A DNA stretch of 33,167 nucleotides, taken from sequence record SRR31156797_4757; one strand, given 5' to 3'. How positions within the stretch are numbered: the stretch's first letter is position 1; each line of letters opens with the position of its first letter. The notes beneath the pieces were generated by a model. The model was not told the origin of the DNA. It worked only from the letters and a program-made list of their open reading frames with translations, and did no database searches. Shown here one piece after another: positions 10,201 through 19,255 of the stretch. Made by a program: the position numbers and the translations under genes.

Positions 10201-13061
10201 GTATCATTCGATTCTTTTGCACGCCTTGCTCTACCATCGCACCATGCTAAAATCTTACAAATCGAATCGACCCCGTCCTTCCAATTGAAAGGAGAGAATA
10301 GGACCAATGAGGGGCACGCTAGGTCCGCATTGGTCAGAGACTCAAATCTCCATTCAGCCATTCCTTCTTGAAATGCTGCTTCGTCCATGGAGACATTATT
10401 GTCAGCAATAAACTGTATTGTGGGGGGCATTATATTGGGTTTGCCACTAATCATTTCGATTGTATTGCTTGGCATACCAAGAGCTATCATGGCATCGATA
10501 ATGTTGATGTGTACTTCTTCCGTTTCACTCTGCGTTTCCTCAACTATAGTCTGTAGATCATCAAAGACCGCATCCAATAGATTGTTATTTGGAGTGAGTT
10601 GATAATCATTGCAGATCAAGTGATAACCGAAAAGTCCATCTCGCAGTGGCCCTAGTAAATCGTCCACAGGGCCGGTATAGTTCTGGCGAACTTCTGCTAC
10701 TGGCTGATAACGGCCCCATAAGCACATGCAAGCTGCTTGCATGTGCAGTACCATTACACTTCTAATGGAAGAATTCGTCTCGTCATCTGGGAACATCTCC
10801 TTAATCTTATCCATCCAAAAAAAAGTGAAATTGAAAAAATCACTAGCAACCTCTGGTCCTATTGCACGTACTTTAATGGCAAGTTGTTGTACCTGTAGAT
10901 CAAAGAGTTCTAAGAAATCATGAATGCTCATCCCATTAATGTTAGAGAATAACTGTTCTTCCAGAATTCCCTCGACAATGTTCAACAACTTTAGTCCAGC
11001 CTCAAGGTCGTTCGCAGTTATCAGCTTGTGAGCAATGGTAAGAGCTTCAGAGACTGGAATCATTAAGCATCCATAACGAATAACATGTTTTAAGACTTCT
11101 TTCGTTTTGCCTAAAGCTATGAGTGCATTGGCGGTTAGCCCTGCGGATTGGGCAAATAAAATATCGTATCGGAATTGTAGCCTTTGGGACAGCAATAGAA
11201 TCCGAGCAGTTTCAACGAGATCTCCGCGACCTGTTGCCTTTGCCAATACGTCATTGATATCGCTAAGCAGGATGTCTGGTTCAACCCCTTGTGTGACGCA
11301 TTTATCAACCCAGCTTTGATTACAAAGTGAAATTACGTGATTTGTGCTATCGGTTTCAGACTTTAGACCATGATATATAAGGTTGAGTAGACCATAGCGG
11401 TCATCTTTGTGCGTCTCACAATATTCAGCGAGGCGTTTTTGAATGTCATGCTCGCGTAACTCGGTTTTTTCAATCAAGAAATCCGAAAAGGATGAGTGGT
11501 GAATAGTTGTTTCGTTTGGAACCAGAAGTAGGTGTCGAATCCGATCAAGGGTGTTGACCATGACCGCTAGTTCTGTTTGGTTTAAGACTTCTGAAAGCTG
11601 ATCGAGTGAGACTCCCCACCGCAAGCGAGCGATAATCGCTAACAAATTGACGGCTTCTGGATCCTCTTGAAGCTGGCTCCATAGCGCATCGTAATAAACC
11701 CTAATACTTCCATCGATCAATGGGAGTGAAGCTAGTTCGCTATCATCAGCTCCTGAATTGACTAAATCTATGAGATAGCGAAGATAAAGAGGGTGCCCTT
11801 GGGCCCTGCCGCAGATAATTTGAATGGTTGAATAGCTTGAGCGGTCCTCTGTCAGCGCACTATGGCAAAAGACACGTGCTACACTGTTTCCAAGCAAAGG
11901 CATTGATAGACAGCTTTCGCTATTTACCCTTGTCCCCAACCTAGCGGATAGTTGCGAGTAGCTCGGAGCAGAAAGCACAACAGATAACCCCTTGGGGGCT
12001 TCAGCTGGGAGCAATCCGATAAATTCCTCAAGCATCTTGCCGCCGAGCTTCTGTACTTCATCAATACCATCAATAAAGAGAACTCCGATTTTATCATGAG
12101 CTATATATGCCTCACCCAAATGCTTCAAAAGCGTCTCAATTTCCTTAACTATTCTAGGGTAGCTTTTTTCACCAGTACGCCCTGGCTGTTGGGTAAGAAA
12201 CATTGAGACCTGCATGCTCAACCAATCATAAAATTCCTGTGGCTGTGCTAGCAGAGCGGCATTTACTGCATCTTTTTCCGATGTGAGACTATATGTATCA
12301 AAGTGCTTTATTGCCGGATCAGTTGGAACGTATGTCTTACAAAAAGTTGATTTGCCAATCCCGTGGGTTCCCTCAATAAAGATGTAACCACCAGACTGGT
12401 CGGCAATTAATGAATCAAGCTTTTTAGCAAAATCTTCTCGTGAAGCAAGGTGTGGGTTTCTAGAATCTTGGGCTATGGCGGTTTCTGCCAAGACCTCATG
12501 TTTGCGTAAGAAATTTCCAATGGATTCCATTGATATTGCGCCGATTGTGTTGTCTACAGCAATTCGAATGATTCCTGAGCAAACGCCATCACATATCAAC
12601 GCCGCCCCGGAGAACCCTTGATAATTGGTAAGCTTAGCAGAGCTTTTTATATGAAGATCCACATTCATGCCTAATTGGGGCTGGGCGAGACATTGTGAGA
12701 TTGTTCCCTCAAGTCTATGCCCGATCACGAGTTTACTAACGGGCCAGCCATATGCGTAAAATTCCTCTCCCTCAACTGGAAGAGTTCCTTTCAGCACAAT
12801 AGGAGTGATGTCATTGGCTCTCTCTAACGAAAGTAAACAAATATCTGCGTTTTCATCATGATCTAAAATAGTTGCCTTCAATTCTTCAGAAGAATTTGAA
12901 GACCGAAAAGATAGGGTTATCTTTGTATCTGGTTCTTCAATGGCATCAATAATACAATGGCGTGCTGTTAGAACCGTATCTGGAGATACCAGTATGCCTG
13001 TGCCATAGTCTTTTCCGCACGTAACCTGGCATGTGGCGTTTTTTATTTCTGCATCCAACAT
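7299..13061 (-). CDS. avs1b: AVAST type 1 trypsin-like protease-STAND NTPase Avs1b
   Basis: Trypsin triad TARHC / DICLL / GFSGA, Walker A GTHGIGKST, Walker B VLFIDGIDE, GHPLYL, and a long helical C-terminus. 1920 aa. Confidence 0.9.
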   Translation of the reverse strand: MLDAEIKNATCQVTCGKDYGTGILVSPDTVLTARHCIIDAIEEPDTKITLSFRSSNSSEELKATILDHDENADICLLSLERANDITPIVLKGTLPVEGEEFYAYGWPVSKLVIGHRLEGTISQCLAQPQLGMNVDLHIKSSAKLTNYQGFSGAALICDGVCSGIIRIAVDNTIGAISMESIGNFLRKHEVLAETAIAQDSRNPHLASREDFAKKLDSLIADQSGGYIFIEGTHGIGKSTFCKTYVPTDPAIKHFDTYSLTSEKDAVNAALLAQPQEFYDWLSMQVSMFLTQQPGRTGEKSYPRIVKEIETLLKHLGEAYIAHDKIGVLFIDGIDEVQKLGGKMLEEFIGLLPAEAPKGLSVVLSAPSYSQLSARLGTRVNSESCLSMPLLGNSVARVFCHSALTEDRSSYSTIQIICGRAQGHPLYLRYLIDLVNSGADDSELASLPLIDGSIRVYYDALWSQLQEDPEAVNLLAIIARLRWGVSLDQLSEVLNQTELAVMVNTLDRIRHLLLVPNETTIHHSSFSDFLIEKTELREHDIQKRLAEYCETHKDDRYGLLNLIYHGLKSETDSTNHVISLCNQSWVDKCVTQGVEPDILLSDINDVLAKATGRGDLVETARILLLSQRLQFRYDILFAQSAGLTANALIALGKTKEVLKHVIRYGCLMIPVSEALTIAHKLITANDLEAGLKLLNIVEGILEEQLFSNINGMSIHDFLELFDLQVQQLAIKVRAIGPEVASDFFNFTFFWMDKIKEMFPDDETNSSIRSVMVLHMQAACMCLWGRYQPVAEVRQNYTGPVDDLLGPLRDGLFGYHLICNDYQLTPNNNLLDAVFDDLQTIVEETQSETEEVHINIIDAMIALGMPSNTIEMISGKPNIMPPTIQFIADNNVSMDEAAFQEGMAEWRFESLTNADLACPSLVLFSPFNWKDGVDSICKILAWCDGRARRAKESNDTKQLEAVWAVLQEKVLSQLKFTLAQRAKWETSYALPEAVFPRIYQQLASLVIDIFPGHISDLLAFIEDRFSSQYGLYSEGFRDVLARVLEKVTRIHLEDDVEDQAFSLTERWREFVQKNLKNRHELVPELLAIIPLFVRLGATEEAQRSYQSVLAFSMGPNWYKEDQFGLMTSAMSSVGDDTALETGTLSQIAGFLDAAAGEMTFQRFVRYAKSDFIAALCARGDYGKVSSYFMRQTYGSPEQLLQEAKEGEIDRVSPLRGTRFPGGALDEQDAILRIVRSAIPVIDWKLCWSLLEIFQFGDSRHLTNYGKAYAQLVNLNQGDGEAVAAMMKRLKLICESEVEKEQCSDFLSSVSKELPSELVEKYEALFGVYSPLNDPATDSNPTSAQESESQPQQQESRDELFFPGVFGTKASIAEAKEAFSRAERYLKRRNKSEAQKEVITGLEAIQKGEWSIWSNLMSEASKAKKMLLQTTDSTSEVIKSYSALILNERHDDRWLIANQLIEWLGERCTQEEQAALVKVALEHISIMIDFADHQIQSYDFLEKTNGEEISSCFMQLILHAVDHPTWLRSEKAAEMLLWLLRMDSEYILEFGPQAFSMNSNNHPDVLCGVLDQLSNIDSIQLWDQLAPALDIVSIKKDCMHAGRLSVLIHIVNRAAKNGSNPAAKALTLLEKDFPTSAFKSNSSSKLNCPQWAESIMYQWSRLTELGLACDDLIKRASEILKKECLPLPWETNLELEQLLAEGARGNPRRPGRWEAKVRFAFQVALLPVSTLHQLPQIEDIFRPYNPTRIEGMRVVGFSSPALNWLEQMESIKPISGEDIYLDYYERIWQGEKMVSVRLTAYFYDKEKDLPLPSGRFFSTDEPTTAKNTQWDTCSNVIGLPAYFGGFTPAIPTSDLIKYTGASGADFTRSHWKSGRFSESLGGGPEHEGCSLAIKEDALKLPFGFSLAWVYEIDGQPVSMITTN

Positions 13062-13063
13062 GA

Positions 13064-14248
13064 TTAATCATCCTTTACTAATACCCACTCCGTAGCGTTT
13101 TCTCTCGCTAAGAATGGAGCACCGTTTTTGGTTTCGCATGTCTGAATCTCACTCGAAGCAGGAGTTGGGTAGTTAAAGTACAGAGTTCGAGAAAAATTGG
13201 CAGGTCTTTCAACTATTGCGGTAAGAAGTTCAATGTCTGGATGGTTATGCTTACGGCCATTCGACGATATAAAGTACATAGGAGCATCAACTAGCTGCAA
13301 CAATTCCGGGCTGGTATTACGAAAGCTGCCGTGATGTGAAATCTTAATTGCATCGAATATCATGGAACATCCCATAGCTTGTTGCTTTCGCAAACTCTCC
13401 ACGACATCTTCAGCCCAAGCATCAGCGAGCATCAGTATGCGTGCTCCACCCAATTCAATAATGGCTGCAATAGAGCTGCTATTAGTGATTGAAGTGTCAG
13501 GCTGATAGACATCTTTTAGTTTTTTCCCACGCCTTGATGACAATTGTTTCGGCTCTTCCTCGGGATTTTCTGGTAGATGCTCAAAGCTAAATTCAAATGC
13601 ATCATCGATTATGTCACCGGCTCCCATAGGCCCCTTATATCCGTAACTATGAAGTTGCCTTTTCCATGATTTCAGTAAGCCGTCCAAACGCTTCTTCGAA
13701 GGAGTGATTACACGAATACTTTTTTTGGACAGGGAAAGAGCATTGGAGTTTTCCACCGAAATACTTGCCGTGCCATCACGTCCATTCCATAGATACCCCC
13801 CCCTGCGGATTATAGAAGCCAATGCGCTTCCTTGTTTAGCGCTAATTTCCTCCAGAGTAGAGTCTTTGTTGCTACTTTGTGGCGGATGCCCACGCAGATT
13901 GATCGCTTCTAACAACTCAAGATTTTTTGCCTGAATCTTTGAGTCGCATGGAGAAGTCAAACTTCGTAGGCTATTATGCCAAATGTTATGAACGGATATA
14001 ATTTTTGGTTGGTCTGACAAACCATTTTTGGACAGAAATCGTATTATCCCCCCAATATGGTCAGAATCGATATGGGTAGTAATAATAAGGTTTAGGACTT
14101 CGCCGTTGGCAGCCAATTTTTTGAGGTCATGCTGAATATGGTCATCGAAAGTTATTGCGTAACCACCATCAATAAGAATGTTGGCTTCATCAGCATGAAT
14201 CAGGAATGCGTCGCCGTTTTGTGCCGGGTACATTTTAACCCTCAACAT
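13064..14248 (-). CDS. avs1a: AVAST type 1 MBL-fold metallo-hydrolase Avs1a
   Basis: NGDAFL, ILIDGG, THIDSDHIGG, KISHHGS and HNHPD. Ends 2 bp before avs1b. Confidence 0.9.
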   Translation of the reverse strand: MLRVKMYPAQNGDAFLIHADEANILIDGGYAITFDDHIQHDLKKLAANGEVLNLIITTHIDSDHIGGIIRFLSKNGLSDQPKIISVHNIWHNSLRSLTSPCDSKIQAKNLELLEAINLRGHPPQSSNKDSTLEEISAKQGSALASIIRRGGYLWNGRDGTASISVENSNALSLSKKSIRVITPSKKRLDGLLKSWKRQLHSYGYKGPMGAGDIIDDAFEFSFEHLPENPEEEPKQLSSRRGKKLKDVYQPDTSITNSSSIAAIIELGGARILMLADAWAEDVVESLRKQQAMGCSMIFDAIKISHHGSFRNTSPELLQLVDAPMYFISSNGRKHNHPDIELLTAIVERPANFSRTLYFNYPTPASSEIQTCETKNGAPFLARENATEWVLVKDD

Positions 14249-14514
14249 AACTCTCTCCTTCTACAGTCATGCCGGTAGTGCAAGTGCTCTGGTAATTGTC
14301 CATGTAGTCTTTTTCATGCGTTCAGCTACTGAATGAGAGCTGTTTTCTGCCAAAATCTCACAATGCATAGCACGTGAAGACTTATCTTAAGTCGAGTTGA
14401 AAGGCGATATAAAATAGCTGGTTTATGTTCGTTCCCTTACTGCCGACATACTAAGTAGGTGAGGTTGACTAGCTTCGGGCAGTGGCTGTTGTCTTTTCTT
14501 CATTTTGCTGGGAT

Positions 14515-15549
14515 TTAAGCACTATTTTCAAAATTAATCTTTCCCATATTACGTAGTTTTGTCTTCTGTCGGTTTAAATTCTGCACCAATGATAAATACC
14601 AATTGGGCGGATTTGGGAAATCTCTTACTAGCGAAGAATACCTGACAGCCCCTTCTTTCCATGCGTCTGTAATGCGCATGGCCGGGCTTACCATTAACCA
14701 AAGTGCGAGTTGGATAATATGATGGCGTGTGGAAATGCCTCTCCAGGAAAAAGGGATTCTTTGGTGTGGAATCATAAGAGCAGGCACATCAAGATTGGAG
14801 CAGATATGCTCTCTAAGTTTGCCCTTATTTCTTTTTGACAGCAAAACCCAACATAAATGGTGAAGAACTAGGAAGAACGGCAAGTCATGGCCGCAAGCAG
14901 TGCTGGCATTAATGGAGTGTAAGAGTTCTTTGTGTTTGTTAATCAGTTCCGGACGCCCCACAAGTCTTTGTGGCTTCGCAGAGCGTAAGTCAGCCCCGCA
15001 ATTGTAGCACATAGTCATAGAGGCGGCCTGATTGACGTCCACTCCACAGTCTCTTCTGTGGAATGCGACATGAGCGTCACATGTCGGGCATGAGATGAGC
15101 ATCTTTTCCATATGAATGGGGCAAAACGTGTACAGTGCTAATCTCCACTGCCTTCGATAGTAGGGTTGTCCCCCTTCGGATAGGCATCGTGGACAGAATT
15201 GCGTGCCGCTTGTTGTTATTTTAGATATTGATGTCTTTGCAGGTAATACCCATTGCTTCCTTTTCCCTCTTTGGCTGGCGTGGAAGACGATTCCTGAATA
15301 CTCGGCAAGAGTCGTCTTATGGCCGTCATAGAGTGGAGTCCCTGTTGCGGAGCAGAGTGCTTCAAGGAACCATTCGCCTCCTTCAACATCTAGAACCCAA
15401 GACCATGGAGGTTTTTGCGCTCCAAGGCGCATGAATGCGAGCGTGTGTTGCTTGACGAGATTTGCTTCAGCTACGCGTGAAAACCATGAAGCAAGCGATT
15501 CATTCCATAGCGGCTTGGGATGTGCCGGCAGCAACTTTCCTGAGAGCAT
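14515..15549 (-). CDS. tniQ: TniQ-family target selector
   Basis: P.P...ESLASW..R.A.AN, FCPRCL...YYRRQWRL....CPIH, CPTC and CYNCG zinc-binding motifs. ATG 15549 follows GGAGG. 344 aa. Confidence 0.9.
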   Translation of the reverse strand: MLSGKLLPAHPKPLWNESLASWFSRVAEANLVKQHTLAFMRLGAQKPPWSWVLDVEGGEWFLEALCSATGTPLYDGHKTTLAEYSGIVFHASQRGKRKQWVLPAKTSISKITTSGTQFCPRCLSEGGQPYYRRQWRLALYTFCPIHMEKMLISCPTCDAHVAFHRRDCGVDVNQAASMTMCYNCGADLRSAKPQRLVGRPELINKHKELLHSINASTACGHDLPFFLVLHHLCWVLLSKRNKGKLREHICSNLDVPALMIPHQRIPFSWRGISTRHHIIQLALWLMVSPAMRITDAWKEGAVRYSSLVRDFPNPPNWYLSLVQNLNRQKTKLRNMGKINFENSA

Positions 15550-15551
15550 AC

Positions 15552-16454
15552 TTACCCTCCGTGTTCTGGCCAGTATCTCCTGTCTTGGGGGGCACACCAA
15601 TTGAGTGAGCTCAAAATGTTGGTGTCGATTTTTTCATGCCCCTGCTTCACAGCTGCCGTAGCAGCGTTTGTCAGGAGTCTGGATATTTCACCTATGTACC
15701 CATCGCTCATGCTGAGAATTTGGTTCGCGAGAGGGCCCTTGTGAAGGTCGGAGGCGTTTTTAAGCGGAAGCATGCGTTCAAATGTGATCAGTAAGCGGCG
15801 GTATGTTTCACCGTCTTTCCACCTAGGAAGTGGGGCAGGCTCAAAACGATTTGCTAACTGGTCGTCTGTCTGAATTGCACGAAACGCTTCTTTGGTGCCG
15901 ACGCCGATAATTGGAATTTGAAGCTCATTGCCAATGTATTTGATGACATTAAGAAAAGCCCTTTGCTTGTTAAGATTTCCCGCTAGAATTTGATGGATTT
16001 CATCAATGACGAGCATGCGCAAACCTACATATTTGAGCAATTTGATTGCCTGGGCACTTTTCTTTCCAACCCTGTCCGATGGCCTGAATGGCGCAAACAG
16101 TTTTTCAAGAATCGCATTGTAGAAACGCCCTTCATCCGGAACCGGTGGTGCTTGGATGTAAAGGACTGGGACAATAGCAGCCTCGCCTTCAGGATTGTCA
16201 TTGGGAGGATGTCTTTTACAAAACCTTTGGACCAACATCGTTTTTCCATTGTTGGTGTCCCCCACAATAAGCAGATTCGGCATCCTGTGAGACTTAGGGT
16301 ATGTGAGTAGGTCTTCTAGTTTCGCCAGCGTCTTTTCAGCCTGAGGATAGCCAATCCATCGGGAAGATCTGATTTTGGCAATTCGTTCGTCGTCAGAAAG
16401 AGCTAGGTGCTCAATGGCCAGTTCGTTGAGATGTGGATATTGAGGAGTCATCAT
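15552..16454 (-). CDS. tniB: TnsC/TniB AAA+ ATPase
   Basis: WIGYP, Walker A GDTNNGKT, Walker B LVIDEIH and QLANRF. ATGA overlap with the tnsB stop. Confidence 0.93.
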   Translation of the reverse strand: MMTPQYPHLNELAIEHLALSDDERIAKIRSSRWIGYPQAEKTLAKLEDLLTYPKSHRMPNLLIVGDTNNGKTMLVQRFCKRHPPNDNPEGEAAIVPVLYIQAPPVPDEGRFYNAILEKLFAPFRPSDRVGKKSAQAIKLLKYVGLRMLVIDEIHQILAGNLNKQRAFLNVIKYIGNELQIPIIGVGTKEAFRAIQTDDQLANRFEPAPLPRWKDGETYRRLLITFERMLPLKNASDLHKGPLANQILSMSDGYIGEISRLLTNAATAAVKQGHEKIDTNILSSLNWCAPQDRRYWPEHGG

Positions 16455-18313
16455 AGCTCCTCCATCACATCAAAGGGTTGCAAGTTGTCCAAGTCATCAA
16501 GTTCGGATGGAACTGGTTCAGCTTGGGGACTCAATAATTTTTTCTCAGTTGCCCCAATGCCCATTTGCCTGCGTTTATTTGCTCTTCTTGTCGCTGTGGT
16601 ATTCTTCTTTGCTGTCTCTACAACTTCTCGCATGTGCGTGTAGGCTTCAAAAATCAAATCTTCATTAATAGAAGTTTTCCCGGCTTCTAGAAGTCTACGT
16701 TTGGCTTCACGCATTTCCCATACGCTTATTGGAGGGCGAGAACTATCCCTGTAGGGAATTGGGAAGTATGTATCGAGCTCCGGGTCGAAAAACCAAATTG
16801 TACTAATGTCGCGAGGGTCACGGCGAAAAATGAATTTTCGTTTGAGTTTTGGATTTTCTGGCTCAGGCGCATCAACCCATCTTCGTAGAGCATCTGCCCA
16901 ATAATGAATCTTATCAATCAGTATGCCATAGGTTTGAACCGACCTTTCAACGAAAGGCATGAAATCAAGTCGAAGCCGCTCTTCGTCCAACGCCATAGCC
17001 GGCAGCCCTTTGCCTGGCCGAGTATCGGTTCCTAAAATGCCTTCACGGTATTTGTCGATAGGGGCCATCTCTATGGTTGAGTGAAGACGATGGTGGTATG
17101 CTTGTACAACGAGAGTAGCAAACCATTTTTCAAACTCTGAAAGTGATAGTGCTGCCTCGTTTTCAGACTTGTAGCGGCCCCGTTCCTGTACGTTTGAAAA
17201 TGTTGTGCCAGGCAGAGCTTTGATTTCATCAGCAAATGTTCCAAGTAGTCTCTCTACGTGTCCTCCAAATTCTGGGCGAGCCACCGGACGCCACTCAATG
17301 TGTATCCCATACTGGTCGCAGGCCTTTTGTAGCATGGTCCCGCGGAATTCTTTCGCATTGTCAACGTGAATGGTTGTGGGAAGCCCATAGCATGGCCATT
17401 CCCCGTCTATTTCGTGCTTGGTGAGCCAGTTGTCTTTCGGAAGTATTGCGTGAGCTAAGCACAGGCCGGTGGAAAGGGCGCTGGGAGGGTCAAAGGATAT
17501 ATGATAGCCGACCACCATCCTACTGAATACGTCAACAGCCAGCGTTATCCATGGCCTGCCGATAGGCATGCGGTAGATGTCATCAACCAGAATGATGTCC
17601 ATCGGAGTGTGGTCAATTTGAACAATCGTTAGAGGGTGATCCGCCCCTGGGAATTCTCCCTTGTTTGGCTCGTATTTGTCTTTGGCGGCTTTGTAGCCAT
17701 GCCTCTTGGCTGTTTTGAGGTAGCCGGGGATGGCTTTCAACCTGTTCCTAACTGTGTTGGGGTGAGGAGGTTTGAGATCTGCTTCACGGCACCTGCGCTC
17801 CACTTCTTGGCATACTTTAATAGGAGCTTTTTTTTGCTTGGTTAAGTATTCTGTCTCGATGACCTCTCGGATAATTTTTTCAACTTCATCGGAAAGCTTC
17901 TTGGTCCCCTTGTCGATTCTTCGTCCAGGGACAAGCGAGGTCATTAGTCTTGAATCCTCATAACGTCTCATCCATTTGTAGAGCGTGTTGACATGCACGC
18001 CTACCTCATCAGCACGGATGGCAACAAGCTTTCTGGTTCTGCCTGGGAGAAAGAGGAGTGGCTTGATGTATTCGTACCGTTCTTTGGCGATTTGCCACTT
18101 TTCCTCTGTCACTCCCTCGATGCAAGGGGAGTCTATAGGTCGACTTGGAAGAGGCTTAACCTGGGATAGTTTAAACGTATCCACTTGGCCTGTTTCGTAA
18201 TCGCTGATTGTGAATGTATCCAAGTCAAGGATTTCGATAATGGTCCCACGGCGACCATCGGCTATTACCATCTCACCCTGAGAGAATGAATATGTGGCTG
18301 GATAATTATTCAT
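16451..18313 (-). CDS. tniA: TnsB/TniA DDE transposase
   Basis: VQIDHT, GRPWIT.A.DVFSR, HVDNAKEF, GGHVER and Mu-C-terminal-like RRDPRDIS. 620 aa. Confidence 0.93.
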   Translation of the reverse strand: MNNYPATYSFSQGEMVIADGRRGTIIEILDLDTFTISDYETGQVDTFKLSQVKPLPSRPIDSPCIEGVTEEKWQIAKERYEYIKPLLFLPGRTRKLVAIRADEVGVHVNTLYKWMRRYEDSRLMTSLVPGRRIDKGTKKLSDEVEKIIREVIETEYLTKQKKAPIKVCQEVERRCREADLKPPHPNTVRNRLKAIPGYLKTAKRHGYKAAKDKYEPNKGEFPGADHPLTIVQIDHTPMDIILVDDIYRMPIGRPWITLAVDVFSRMVVGYHISFDPPSALSTGLCLAHAILPKDNWLTKHEIDGEWPCYGLPTTIHVDNAKEFRGTMLQKACDQYGIHIEWRPVARPEFGGHVERLLGTFADEIKALPGTTFSNVQERGRYKSENEAALSLSEFEKWFATLVVQAYHHRLHSTIEMAPIDKYREGILGTDTRPGKGLPAMALDEERLRLDFMPFVERSVQTYGILIDKIHYWADALRRWVDAPEPENPKLKRKFIFRRDPRDISTIWFFDPELDTYFPIPYRDSSRPPISVWEMREAKRRLLEAGKTSINEDLIFEAYTHMREVVETAKKNTTATRRANKRRQMGIGATEKKLLSPQAEPVPSELDDLDNLQPFDVMEEL

Positions 18314-18959
18314 GGTAAATACCAGATCGGAGTTTTCATGGTTATTGGTTCGGAAAAATCACAGCCGATTTGAAAAGTGCCAATCAAGTACCATAGCGTT
18401 GGTAGCAATTTTGCCTGATTCCATTCGTCTTCAAAGATGTATTTCACCAAATTGCGTGGTGTGGTTTCGCCAAGTTCGTGTAGCTTCGTGTCCAGTAACT
18501 CCATATGCGCCTCTGGGCCCGGTCCTTGGCGTGTAAACGGCAGTAGGAAACGGGCTGAATCCAAGAGGGGTGTTCTGATTTCAATTTCGGAAGCAATTTA
18601 AAACGCCATCCCTGAGTTTTGGCGAATGACAGGGCCTTTTTGAATTTGGGTTTTAGGTCGTTCCAGGCCTTTGCCATGTCGCTTCTATATTTGACCTCAA
18701 AAAGTGTTGGAATGCGTTTGGACTTTTTCGTGTAGTGAACAAGTACGTCAGGAGTGTAACGACGGTTCTTGCCTTGCGGATCAGGCCACTCGATTGTGAC
18801 CGGTTGGACCTCGAAAGACTCAACTTCGGGCGAGAATTCGATGAGCGTCAAAAAATCCCTTTCAAGGGTTGATTCAAATGCAGCAACATCTGTCGATTTT
18901 TTGTGCGCAGCAATTCCGGTCACATTGCGATAATTTTTAGGAATTCTTCTAGCTGACAT
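18310..18959 (-). pseudogene. tnsA: TnsA endonuclease, frameshifted near 18598
   Basis: N-terminal part (FESTLERDF, QP..I, YTPD.L, EVKY) and C-terminal part (LDSARFL...LW.LI) lie in different frames. One extra A at GWRFK restores a 216-aa ORF ending in an ATGA overlap with tnsB. Alternative start at 19010 with AGGAGG. Confidence 0.85.
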
Positions 18960-18965
18960 ATTAAA

Positions 18966-19090
18966 CCAGTAGCGATTAGCGTTGTGAATTTTGTTTGTAC
19001 TATACCCCATGAGACCTCCTATTAGTCAATAGTGTTGTGGGAAAAGCCGAAAATGGATGGGGCTGGTAGCGAAGAGCGATGGAATTTACA
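18966..19090 (-). repeat. Transposon end with spaced TnsB-binding-like repeats
   Basis: Minus strand: CATCGCTCTTCGCTACCAG (19063-19081), CAACACTATTGACTAATAG (19019-19037, degenerate), CAACGCTAATCGCTACTGG (18966-18984). Confidence 0.8.
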
Positions 19091-19095
19091 AAAAT
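19091..19095. repeat. Target-site duplication, right copy (AAAAT)
   Basis: Identical to 2864-2868. Confidence 0.88.
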
Positions 19096-19103
19096 AAATG
19101 AAT

Positions 19104-19130
19104 AAGCCGCCTGCAAGGGCGGCTTTTTTT
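19104..19130 (+). terminator. Intrinsic terminator, probably the displaced lepAB terminator
   Basis: AAGCCGCC-tGCAAg-GGCGGCTT followed by a T-run. In the reconstructed empty site it lies about 26 bp after the lepB stop. Confidence 0.85.
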
Positions 19131-19255
19131 GTGGCCGAGGTTTGCAAAGAGCCATTCTGTGTTCTGATGATGAGAACGCTTTCTTTTCAAAAGAACGTAG
19201 TGTATATCCTCTATACTGTTTAGCTGCTAAACTCTTTAAGAACATGGAGACAGAT

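Larger units (their letters stand above)
2869..19090 (-). mobile_element. Tn7-like transposon (TnsABC + TniQ + TnsE-like) carrying defence cargo
   Basis: Ends TGTGAATTCCATCGCT and (reverse complement) TGTAAATTCCATCGCT match at 15/16. 5-bp TSD, tnsA/B/C/tniQ operon, and visibly lower GC than lepA and cobQ. Confidence 0.93.

Noticed and set aside
18590-18605. Programmed -1 frameshift in tnsA
   Set aside because: Tandem slippage on T TTT AAA would place TAA in frame. There is no canonical in-frame slippery heptamer.
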